20,000 nt of DNA, from the NCBI GenBank assembly GCA_010093745.1, contig MU005987.1:170302-190301 (forward strand). The letters are read 5' to 3'. The position numbers and the translations under genes were made by a program. The DNA comes from Piedraia hortae CBS 480.64. Lineage: Eukaryota. The notes beneath the pieces were generated by a model, which was not told the DNA's origin, made no database searches, and saw only the letters and a list, made by a program, of their open reading frames with translations. Shown piece after piece: positions 1 to 12,643 of the stretch; the stretch's first letter is position 1; every line of letters starts with the position of its first letter.

Positions 1-276
1 ATCTCATTACGCACCCACGGGGGCATACTACGCAAGGATAAAAAGGGCTGGACCAAAGCCGTCACAGAAGAAAGCAATAACAGGAAAGTGCATCACCGTT
101 ATCTTCTTTGCATTGAAGACCCATTTGAGCTTACCCACAACGTTGCTCGAACAGTTACACACTATGGCATTGTCGCTATCAGGGATGAATTTCGAAGAGC
201 TGCAAGAATATTGCACAACGTCGGCCAAAATCGACCATGTATTGATGGTGAGCTTTTAGCGCAAATGGTGGAATAA
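1..276 (+). CDS. 3' part (5'-truncated by window edge) of a Cid1/Cid13-like non-canonical poly(A)/poly(U) polymerase, PAP-associated domain; may extend to 696 (see findings)
   Basis: Frame +1 is open from base 1: ISLRTHGGILRKDKKGWTKA...HRYLLCIEDPFELTHNVARTVTHYGIVAIRDEFRRAARIL. IEDPF..xHNVAR...IRDEFRRA is the PAP-associated/nucleotide recognition motif of the Cid1 family. TAA at 274-276. Confidence 0.85.
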   Translation: MSLRTHGGILRKDKKGWTKAVTEESNNRKVHHRYLLCIEDPFELTHNVARTVTHYGIVAIRDEFRRAARILHNVGQNRPCIDGELLAQMVE

Positions 277-922
277 TCCGAGCAAGAAACGAATCCGTCT
301 ATCTATCCCACAGCACGTATTCCGGTAAATTTGTCTCATGTTCAGGAAGCGGGTGGTATGTTTGAGAATTCACCGTGCAGTCCCACTAGCCATCGAAATC
401 AATCGGTTGGAGGCCACAGTGATGCACAAAGCCAGAACCAAAGTGCCTTAAAATCCCCTGCGCAAGCAACAGATGAGAATTCGACGCCATATCGCAAGGC
501 CGATCGTGCTCAAGTAGCACGGAATCCAGCCAATATTGCGCAGTCCTTTGACCCAAGTTCCAACGGCGTGAGTGCAAGATATATGAGCAAGGTCATTGTG
601 AACGTTCCCAAGGTGGAACCAGGTCAGCATACGCCGCACAGCCATGAGGATGCTTCTTCCAAATTGCCAATTGCCAAAAGACCCTGGTGCTCATAGCTAG
701 TAATGAAGAGGAAAGAATGAGTAGGTCGACGACCAAGGTCATGTGGAATTCCACAAACATCTGTGCGCCCAGTAATCAATCAATGTGACTTCACGGCACT
801 GGTTTCGAATACCAAAAAAAGAGCTGTTGCTGGCTCAATCAGGAAGACGATACTGTATAAACACAGGGATTGTACGCATCATTATCATAGAAAGAATGGT
901 GCACAACAGTGACACAGAAATT

Positions 923-2203
923 CTATACAATTTCCACTATCTGATCGTCTTCATCTTCTTCCACCTCTTGCACCTGAGGTTTAACCTGTGCTTGGTTATT
1001 GCTGCTTGACATCTCCCCTCTCATCAGCATTTGTACTAGTCGATCACAAAGGTCCCGAACGTCATCGTCTTTTACTTGCAGATGCAGTTCCCGAAGTATG
1101 GGATACACTTTGACATTGCGCAACTTGTCCCTTCCCTCTCGCGTTGTGCACAAGATAAGCAATGTCTCCAAATGGGTGCAGATGATATCAGGCTCGCTCT
1201 CCCGTTGCTTGTCGGGATCCAGTAGCTGCACTTCATCTAACATGCCTTCTGTGTCTTCCTCGCTGTAGTCCTCGTTACCCATTAGTGGCAGAAGGATGTA
1301 GGGTAACAGGTTGACGCCTCGTGGTGACAAAAATTCTGCATGACTGGAAATATTGAATGAGACATTCTTGATGGTGTTGGCCACGCCCCGTCTTCGAATG
1401 GTTGACTTGTGTTCCGTGAATACGATAAGCTTTGTAAGTGGGACGACATCGTCGTCTCCACTTTTGAGAAAGTGTTTCTGTCCTTCATCGTGCTTGGCGA
1501 GATCTGCGAATAGGTAGGAAAGGTAGTTGTAGCCGGCGTTCTTGTTATATTTGCCATCTGCGCCTTTGACGAAACAGTCTAGCAACTGATCAATGGCGAG
1601 TGGGGATGAGGAAAGTGATTTTGGCACTTCGCGCTTCAAGCTAAGCAATTTGATCATCGCTTCGGATTTGGATAGGTTAGCGAGTAACATGCATATATCG
1701 TCTGCATTTGGCTCTTTTGCATCCTGTGAACAAAGGTTAGCTATCCTAGATTATGAAGTATTGCGCAGCCATACCACCACTCGCCGCAGAATGGATTCTA
1801 AAAAGGCATCGTCAGTTGCGAGATTTTCCAGCACTTCGCCATCTTCTGAGGTGTTGATCAAAATTGTAATCGCATTCTTTGCAATAGGCGCGTAGTCCTT
1901 CACCAGAAGCTTGAGGTCTTTTACAGGCTCTAGCTGATTTCTTTTGAATAGTGCTGGTTGCTGTGTAGAGTAGCCAACCAAATTTTCGGCCGCTGTTCGG
2001 GTAAGCATTTCGAAAACATAATATGCTGATGTTTCCTACCAATTTGACGTATTTGAGTGTTTCCACTTTCCTTAGTTAGCAACTAAATTGCTCTCGGATG
2101 CAAACAATTCTCACTGATGGAGGAACTCGACTAGCTATTCGATGAGTTAGGCTGTCATTACAAAGGGGCATTTTTATCACACCTCTTCAAGCTCGGTGGG
2201 CAT
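923..2203 (-). CDS. HGH1: HGH1/FAM203 family eEF2 chaperone (DUF383+DUF384 armadillo-like protein), 5 exons: 2203-2183, 2134-2115, 2065-2040, 1992-1775, 1723-923
   Basis: Spliced N-terminus MPTELEELVEFLHHGNTQIRQIAAENLVGYS. Family motifs MLLANLSK, YLSYLFADL, RRRGVANTIKN, LLPYILLPL, LETLLILCTTREGR...VYPILRELHL and acidic tail EDEDDQIVEIV. Four GT-AG introns of 48, 49, 47 and 51 nt, with CTAAC/CTTAC branch sites. Confidence 0.92.
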
Positions 2204-2413
2204 TTCGATGATAATACAGATTCGTTCAGCCAAAACCCTGAACTGCGAAAGCAAATAGCTGTGTACTAATGCGGCCCGATCCGGTGGCACCGCATCTGAA
2301 GACTGTGTGTGCACACATTCACTCCACGCTTTTATTTTTACATCACAACAATTCAAGACATCAACTGAGCGTGGGGAAGCGACAGCCCGGTAGGCAAGAG
2401 TCCAGGAACATGC

Positions 2414-4455
2414 ATGCTAGAGGAAGAGCGTACGCGGGAGACAGTATCTGCTTCTCATAAGTTCCGATTTCACAATTGTTGATCTGCAAGGACTACAAGA
2501 CTAAAACTTCAGAGTCACTTCCAGCGAGTGAGCAAGCGTGCCTTGTGGCCCATCAAGCAAGCCATCTTGAGCATATTGCCACGCTGGACAACATCGCACT
2601 ACCGCGGGAGGATATCAATTATCCCGAGCCAAACGATCTTCCAGCGGAGCACTAAGGTATCAACTACCTCGGGCTTCAAGTGCACCAGTAAGCTCGAGGA
2701 CGGGACAGACTGCGGAGAAATCTTCATGTAGAAGCAGAGGTAAGCCAAGCATGCTGCTGCACTGGTGCACACTGTCTAGCAACCTGACCGCGGTGAAAGT
2801 CGGCACCGCCTGCCAGGCACCAACGGCAAGGCGTGCCCATCCAGCGTTTCTTTACTTATGGCACGAGGACTTGGCTTGAGATCAACCCAAGCCGTCAAGG
2901 TGCCGTTGTTGCCTGCCAGCCGCGAGCAATGCTATTGAGGACTGGCTTCGCGAAGAAGATGCGACAGACAAAATGACAGAAGCATTTGATGGCCGAGCAT
3001 CATGCCACGGCGCAGGGGATGGATGACCTCCAGGCTGTGATTCCTTGGGTTAGGCACCTTGGGCTAGACGCAGTCCTGGGCCGCATCAACAAGGACAAGT
3101 TGGACGAGTTGGACCAGCCGCCAGTGGACGACACGTTGGGGGTGATTGCCGAGGCCTTCGAAAGGCTGATGAGGCATACTCTCCACCGGTGCCGTCCAGG
3201 ACCACATTGCCGGCTGGGGTTCATGGCACTGAAGGAGGTGCCCCTCTTGAAGAGACGAGAAGCGGGGTGCGGAGGATAATTTCTTCCGCCTCAAGAAGAG
3301 CTCGGATAAAATCAGGCGCTACCTTGGGTACCTCAAGTGCTTCTTGTCGTTTTCTCCTCGTTTGTGGAAACGGGCGAGCCAACTATGCCAAAACTAGAGG
3401 ACGTAATTGTCACTACAGACGACCAGCGACTCAAATACACTGCAATGTTGGACAAGGCCAGCGTCGAGAATCCAAACGAGGCCAGCCTTGAGAGGAGCAT
3501 TCTGCGTTTCTTTCTGAGCATCCTCTGTCACGACGTCGGGGCCAGGCCGTTCAAGTCCGCCCTAGTCTCGTACACCACTTTACATGCAGTTGGAAAGGCT
3601 GGGTGGCCTGGGAAGAGGGCCGAAACTTTACAAGCATCCTGTCCGGCTTCATCTGGGCGGTGCAGTTATTGACCTGTGCCGTGGTGTTCTGACAGACAGA
3701 AGACGAAGCCGACAGACAAGGCCGGATAATGGGAGTGTTTTTGCTCATGATACCCTACCCAGGGCCCGTCGACGCCGATGTCATCCATCTTGCGTTGGAG
3801 GTCCCATATTCGGGCAGCGACCCGGTCGGGCATAAGCACGAACGAGGCGGTGTGAAATGCCGAACAGACCGTGGTGACCTACAAAGACATCCGGATATCA
3901 ATGGATGAGATATAGCAGTTTATCAAGACACTATGCGACAAGGCCAGCTCCATCCTGTACCAGGAGCTGATGTTCATCGTACACCTCCCTCGCATCCAAG
4001 CCGGCTCACTCCACGACGACATGTCGAATCGCGAGGTAGACTGGAGCTTCAATTTGGACCACCAAAACCAGACCGTACTTGGCAGCACGGGAAGAGCACT
4101 CCGCCTGACGGTGGCCAGCACCGAGGGCCTGCGCCTTGAGTGGCTGAGCCGCTCCGCTGCTGGCGCATACAGAATCAAGAGCACCGTCGCCGCCAAGTAC
4201 GAGGTGGTCTGCCAGGAGTTCTTGTCCGCGTTGGTACCGTTCATTAACGTCAGTGCCGGGCAGCCGTTGCCCACAAGGGCCAAACGGTCACAGAATGGCA
4301 CAAAGGTCAACCTTCGTTTTCTGTCCGAGCCGATCGGAGACCTGCTATTAGACTATTTGTCTTACGTCGTTTCCTGGAGCGTCTCTTGTATGCGATCAGG
4401 CGAGCCGCAGATGCAGCCCCATCCAGGTTTACGAAGAGTTGATTCGATTTTCTGA
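2414..4455 (+). pseudogene. Degenerate remnant of a DUF3505 (OrsD-like Zn-finger)/telomere-linked RecQ helicase-type repeat element gene, probably mobile-element derived; no helicase domain visible
   Basis: Protein-like segments switch frame repeatedly: LLICKDYK..KLQSHF and GFKCTSKLEDGTDC..KH (DUF3505-type Cys/His pattern), PWVRHLG, SILRFFLSILCHDVGARPFKSALVSY, WEEGRNFTSILSGFIWAVQLL, TPMSSILRWRSHI...V*NAEQTVVTYKDIRISMDEI*QFIKTLCDKASSILYQELMF, INVSAGQP...RFLSEPIGDLLLDYLSYV. In-frame stops include 3853-3855 and 3913-3915. Family recognised from memory of motif order. Confidence 0.6.
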
Positions 4456-4965
4456 TTGGTTAGATTTGTTTTCACTCTTTGTTGAGGGTTATATGCCGGG
4501 AGCTAAAGGGCTAGCTACTCGTAGCTGCCTCAAATAGGAGTTAAAATTCAATAACCAGCACCATCTATCCAATCTACCTCTGAAAACGAGTATATTGCCG
4601 ACATAGTACCCCTTGACAAGTAGCTTGACTGCCTCGCATTAAGTCAAATCGCGGTGACTGACACGAGCGATGCACTTCATCGTTGAAAATGTACTTTGCC
4701 TATCTACGTCCAGTTCTTCTCGTTTGATTTATTCCATTCACCTCAGTGCACTGCATTTGCTACCCTCCCCGGTAACACAATGATCTGACGAGCACTCTTG
4801 GCGTTTCGAACGTCACGAGGCGCATGAATCCGAACCGGGATTAGTGTAACACGCTTGATTGGCCACAGTCCGGGGAACCTTGACCGCCACGCGACCGCAG
4901 TCTTCAGGAAATAGAAAGATCGTCAGTCTAGAGAATCGCTCGACGCAAACAACGAACTCGCAGAA

Positions 4966-7900
4966 ATGTTCCAGGTAATGCCTTTGATCGTCTCTCACAG
5001 CTTAGCTAAAGACGACATAGCGCCTGAAAGGCTTTAATCTGGACTCCTTCCTCGACAGCAAGATTGCAGAAGAACAAGCCAACCAAAGGAGCAAATCGGG
5101 GTCACCGTCGCGCGCTCCCAGTCGACGACCTCAAGGCACTTCAAGAGGCTCACCGGCGCGAAGACCAGCCAATGGACGACGGGCGCCAGGTGCCAAAAGC
5201 CCCGATCCCGAGGAATTCGTGATTGGCGACGATGTGTCGGATATTTCAAGAGCGGGCACGCCGCGACCGGGCAGGGAAAATAGTGAAGGCTCAGAAGCGG
5301 CCGTAAAAGGCGGCTCGAATGCGACCGAGGACGCCGGCTCGGAGAAGGCGGTGGACAAAGCCAACGAAGAGGAGCTGCCGGAGCATGTGCGCAAGAGCCT
5401 TGCCAGGTTGGACATGCTGACCGCCAAGTATCAAGGTATGTCCTGCAAGATTCCATCGATCTTGGCCTGACCTGTGCAGACCTTTTGCGAAACTACCGGG
5501 CAGCTCACGCTCGTGTCGCTGCTATAGAACCGTTTGAGGCAACGCTGCGTGAACATACGCCTCTGATATCCATCTCTGATCCCACTGCTTTGGTGGAGTT
5601 TTTGAACCAGCGCAGCTTGCAGAGTGACATGGTTCTTGAAGAGCTAAAGCGTGTTAGTGGCGAGCGTCAGGATATAATCAAGGAGAGGGACAGTCTCAAG
5701 GCCCAATTGGAGGAGACCAGACAAATTCATGCGAAACGCCATTCCACTGATGACTCTGATCCCTTGGGAGTGAACGACGCAAAGATAAAGCCTTCCCGGG
5801 GCGCTGCTGAAGATGGGGATTCCTTCACTGAGCAGGCCAAAACCCACGAGGAAGAACTGCGCCAGCAATCTGAGGAAGTTAAGCGTCAACAGCAAAAGCT
5901 TGAGGGACTCGAGGAAGAAAACGAATTATTGAAAACAACCCTGTCGACGGCCCAGAACAAGGCAGAAGACGTCCAGGAGAAGCTCACCAGCGCCCGATCA
6001 CAAATCAAGGAGTTAGAAAACAAGCTAGATTCGGCAATGCAAGCGCAACGGTCGGCGGAAAAGGCTGAGCTGGAAGCGAAAGAAAGTCAGGGCCAACTGG
6101 TTGCTCTGCACGATTCGTTCAAGCAGCTACAACAGGAAAAGGGGAAAATCGTGCAGGACCTAAAAGATGCCGGAGAAAGCATCAAGAACCTTCAGTACCA
6201 AAATCAGCAGGCGAAAGAGCAGAATAACCGACTCAAGGCGATTGAGCCCGAGTATGAAGCTGCCAAGGCCAAGTTGAGCGAGATGGAGAAGCAAGCTTCC
6301 AAAAGCCAGCAGGAAAGCTCTGGAACGGAAGACTTGCGCAGTCAGCTGGAGCAGGCCAAGAGAGACTGCGACGCTGCCTATCAACTAATTGTTGAATGCG
6401 TATCGTCGGCAAAACTAAAAGAGAATGCGCCAAGCGATACTGCTGCAGCACCGTCACCCGTCAATACTGAACCCTCGACAGGCGACGCCGTCAAGAAAAG
6501 CAAGAACCAAAAGAGAAAGGCAAAGGCCAAAAAGAACGCTGGCAAAATAAATGCACCATCACCTGCCAGCGGAATCTCTTTGGATGAAGTAATTGCACAA
6601 CCCGAGAAAGCCAGGGAATTTGTCAATTCGGCAGACCCGCAAACAATGCTGCAATTTGTCGCTCGATCTTTCGAGGCCGCTCGGCCGCAGAAGGACCCCA
6701 GCAGCGGGGTCCAACAGCGGATCGTAGCATTGGAAGGGGAAATCGGTACTCTAAAAGCGGAGCTCGGCAAGAAAGAGGAAGCAGTTGAGAGATTGGACAA
6801 AAAGGTCAAGGACGAAGAGGCTTTGCGTCATGACCTTGAGAACATGCAGGATGAAGTCGTCGAGTTAGGCCAACAAGCAACTGACGCCAAGCATGAGCTC
6901 AAATCTGTCAGACAGCAGAAGGAAGAGTTCCAGCAGAAGCTTGAGAAAGCCCAAGGCGAGGAAGAGAAAGTCCGGAAAGCTTTGCACGAGGTCACGACTG
7001 AGCGTGATCGGTTGGCCGAGCGTTGCAAGTCTTTGGAGGCAGAATTGATCGACTTGAAATCTAAAAATGGTGCCGAGTCCAACGAAGAGTACCAGAAGCT
7101 CAATGCCGAGTTTACGCAACTCCGGAGCAGGTCTGGTGCACTTGAAAAAGACCTTGCAGCCGCAAATGGCCTTGCTCAAGCCAGATTCAAGGATTTGACC
7201 CATGTACGTGAGCAACTGGAGAAGGTTCAGGCGGAATTGAAAAGATTGCGATCAGAAGCGACAGAGCTGAAGACAGCAAAGGCCGATGCAGCAGAGGCCA
7301 GAGACAGAGTGGCAGCCATGGAGGCAACTGCGGAGCAGCTGAAGTCACAAATTACTACTTACAAATCTCAATGCGCAGGCAAGGATGAGCAGATTGCTGG
7401 TCTTAATGCACAGATCCAAAGGAGCGAAGAGCGGGGCACCGCACTTCAAGATTCCATGGACAACATGCGGATCCACTTGGAGGAAACTCAGACCAAACGA
7501 GACGAGGCTGTCGAGGGCCGCGAGCGCTTACAGACCGAGCTTGACGGTGTGCATGGGGAACTGAACAAGGCAAAGTCTAGCCTAGACGAGCTGGAGACTC
7601 GAGTAGTGAAGCTCGATTATGAAGCTCAGAGTCTACGAGATGAGCTGAAAGCGAAGAGCGCACAGCAACAAAAGACCAAGTCTATGGCGGACGGAATGCA
7701 GGAACAGTCCCGTGAGCTGGCTGCGCAGATGAGAGAGATCCGAGAACGCAACGAAAGCCTCGAGGAGGAGCTTGCGGATGCTCACAGGCTGCTTTCCGCC
7801 CGTGGGCGCGAAGGCGAGACGATGCGTAGGATGCTAGCTGAAGTTGAGGGGCAGGCTGAGGCCAAAATCAAGGAGATGCGTGGGCGTATGGACCTCGCCA

Positions 7901-8624
7901 TCGAGGAGCGGGATCGTGCCGAAGACGAGGCAAGCAACATGGGGCGGAAGAAAGCCAGAGAAATGGAGGAGCTAAGAGGAAAGCTAAAGGAGGCAGAGCG
8001 ACAGGCAAGCCGGGCATTAGAAGCCCGAGACGCTGCAGAACATGGCGAGCGTGAGTTCAAGGAGAAGCAGGCCCAACTCGAAGGCCGGGCAGCTCAGGCT
8101 CAAGACGAATTGGCACAAGTGCGTTCAACAATGCGCCAGCTACAAAGCAGTTTGGACGAGGCCGAGTCGCAGTCGCGGGAAATTAGCAAAGAACGAGCCA
8201 GCCTCCGCAAATCTCTCGAGGAGAAGGAGAAGCGGCTGGAGAAGCTCCAAAAGTCTAGCCGTGTTATGGCTGATGAGCTAAAGACCCTTCAGGCGGCGAG
8301 CAAGGCACGCCCAAGTTTTGCACAATCGCCTCGCTCTTCCATGGAAACGGTAATCTCCCCGCGAGTTGCCTCACCGGCGCCAAGGGGCGGGAACCGGTCG
8401 GTTACCTCGACAGAAAACGTCGACTTTGTCTACCTCAAAAACGTGCTGCTGCAGTTTCTTGAGCAAAAGGAGAAGAAACACCAAATGCAGCTGGTCCCTG
8501 TATTGGGCATGTTGTTGCACTTTGATAGGTGAGTTACAGGACGGGCAGATGAGCAAATCAGGGCTGACAGAATACATGTAGACAAGACCGGCAAAAGTGG
8601 GAGGCCGCTATTTCGGCTAGATGA
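4966..8624 (+). CDS. IMH1: GRIP-domain trans-Golgi coiled-coil golgin (Imh1-like), exons 4966-4974, 5021-5435, 5480-8528, 8582-8624
   Basis: Spliced start MFQ|RLKGFNLDSFLDSKIAEEQA, then about 1000 aa of E/K/Q/L-rich coiled coil. C-terminal GRIP domain VDFVYLKNVLLQFLEQKEKKHQMQLVPVLGMLLHFD|RQDRQKWEAAISAR*. Introns 4975-5020 (46 nt), 5436-5479 (44 nt) and 8529-8581 (53 nt) are all GT-AG and restore the frame. Confidence 0.85.
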
Positions 8625-9189
8625 TTATTACAACGGCTTTTGGCAGAAACAACGGCCTGGCCACGGTCAGTAGGGTCTTTAGGGCTGGGCCTGCAGTGGC
8701 GCATGTCAGGGAGTGTTGGGCACTAAAGCTTCACAAGCGCGCATCAAATCATGTAAGATTACAAGTGCGGGCGGTGGTGACGGGCATGGTGTGTGGCGCG
8801 ACTAATCACGGCGGGCTGCTCAACACTAGGCATGCTTTGGCAGGACACAAATCAAAACGACAGATGGACTGGTCGGCCTATGTAGATGTAAAGCGGACTG
8901 TGTAGAATAGCTGCTGCAGACAAGCCTGTACCCCCAGCCACTCCCGTCATCAATCTTGCTTCGATTGTGAGTGAGGTTCGACGCCCCCGCCAACCAATCC
9001 GCCACGGCCAAGCACCTGACTGGTTCCCAGCAACACCGCTTTCCGGATTCCGCCGCGCGTGCCACACCCACGGCCGCGTCGCCTCGCCATCTTTCTCTAT
9101 CTCCCGTCGCCTTCACATGCGCTGGGTCTTGTCACACTCGACCACCAGGCCCCCGGACATCGCAGCCGCCGGCGGAGCGCAGTGACACC

Positions 9190-11275
<2,086 letters not shown>

Positions 11276-11439
11276 ATGACTGTGTACGACGCCATGGTAA
11301 ATACATATCCTTTCTTTCACCTAATTGTGCCCGACGGTGTGACATCTAGATGATGAACAGGACACATCATGTTTTCACAATCTCGGAGGAATTCCGCTGT
11401 CTAGCCGGGAGTGACGTCGCATGCGGCCCGTGCGCCAGT

Positions 11440-11449
11440 ATCATACGAT
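11440..11449 (+). promoter_or_regulatory. Putative sterol regulatory element (SREBP Sre1/SrbA-type site) ATCATACGAT upstream of ERG25
   Basis: The 10-mer fits the fungal SRE consensus as I recall it (RYCDNNYBAY). It lies about 60-70 bp upstream of the ATG of a known SREBP-target gene family. Confidence 0.5.
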
Positions 11450-11510
11450 CTTTTGGTCAATCGGCAGCGACCATACTTTGCTCGTTCTCGCCCCTGATTC
11501 CTTCTTCAAC

Positions 11511-12499
11511 ATGGCTTCCTACGCCACCGGCGTCAACCAAACCTATGGCGCCATTGCTGATGCCATGCTCCCACACACAAACAATACTTATTGGCACGAG
11601 TTTCATGAAATCTCAAAAACAAACACTCAGCTAAACTATGTCGAACGACTGTGGGCTGCTTGGTATGCCTACATTGGCAACGATGTATTGGCAACTGGCA
11701 TTATGAGTTTCCTGATGCACGAGCTGGTTTACTTTGGGAGGAGTTTGCCGTGGGTTATAATCGATGCTTTGCCCTTCTTCAACAAGTACAAAATCCAGAA
11801 TGTACGTGTTTACCAAGATCACAATCAGCTTTTTGATGCTAACGTCAACAGAACAAAATCCCTTCCACCAAGGAACAGCTGCAATGCGCGAAGCTGGTCC
11901 TGCTGAGCCACTTTACAGTTGAGCTCCCGCAGATCTGGCTATTTCACCCAATGGCTCAGTTCTGCGGCCTGCAAACAAGTGTACCCTTTCCGTCCATCTG
12001 GACCATGGCTTACCAAATCGCCATCTTTTTCGTCATGGAAGACACATGGCATTACTGGTCGCACCGCGCCCTGCACTGGGGTCCATTGTACAAGAACATT
12101 CACAAAATACATCACCAGTACTCTGCTCCATTTGGAATGGCAGCCGAGTATGCATCGCCAATTGAGGTCATGATTCTGGGTCTTGGCACTGTTGGGTCAC
12201 CCATCTTGTGGTGTGCGTTGACGGGCAATCTGCACATTCTGACCATGTACGTTTGGATCACGTTGCGCCTGTTTCAAGCTATCGATGCCCACTCGGGCTA
12301 TGAGTTCCCCTGGAGCTTGCACCACTTTCTTCCCTTTTGGGCTGGAGCGGATCATCACGACACGCACCACGAGAAGTTTATCGGCAACTACTCGAGCTCT
12401 TTCCGCTGGTGGGACTACTTTTTGGACACGGAAAGTGGGGCAGATGCTGCCCAACGGCGACGTGAAAAGAAGATGGCGAAGCAGCAGAAGCAGCAGTAA
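11511..12499 (+). CDS. ERG25: C-4 methylsterol oxidase, exons 11511-11801 and 11852-12499
   Basis: [48 protein letters not shown], histidine boxes [24 protein letters not shown] and [17 protein letters not shown]. Intron 11802-11851 (GTACGT...GCTAAC...CAG, 50 nt). Confidence 0.96.
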
Positions 12500-12643
12500 T
12501 AATTGGCCTGACCGTTTACCCGAAGTGGTAAAGGAAACTACTAGCCTAGTTTTAGAACCCTGCAAACTTGTAACACACTGATGATGTAATCAATGCGCCT
12601 CTCACCTTTTTGATTCCACTTGATGCTGCATGCAGTTGGAACG

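Noticed and set aside
2269..2317. Small palindromes (ATGCGG...CCGCAT, TGTGTGCACACA) and AGCTACTCGTAGCT near 4513-4526 as element termini
   Set aside because: The left and right motifs do not match each other, I found no TIR or TSD, and short palindromes occur by chance.
5485..8300. Repeat-like or viral A-type-inclusion/SMC-like character of the long ORF
   Set aside because: Explained by generic coiled coil. The C-terminal GRIP domain identifies a golgin, and there are no ATPase motifs or nucleotide-level tandem repeats.
8971..9189. In-frame upstream extension of SRPK from GTG 8971
   Set aside because: ATG 9190 has strong context (accATG), and a stop-free GC-rich leader of this length is unremarkable without conservation data.
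11346..11404. Possible C/D-box snoRNA: CTAG-ATGATGA...CTGT-CTAG with terminal complementarity
   Set aside because: Box D reads CTGT rather than CTGA, there is no D'/C' pair, it is only about 59 nt, and I recognised no rRNA guide. An Infernal/snoscan hit would be needed.
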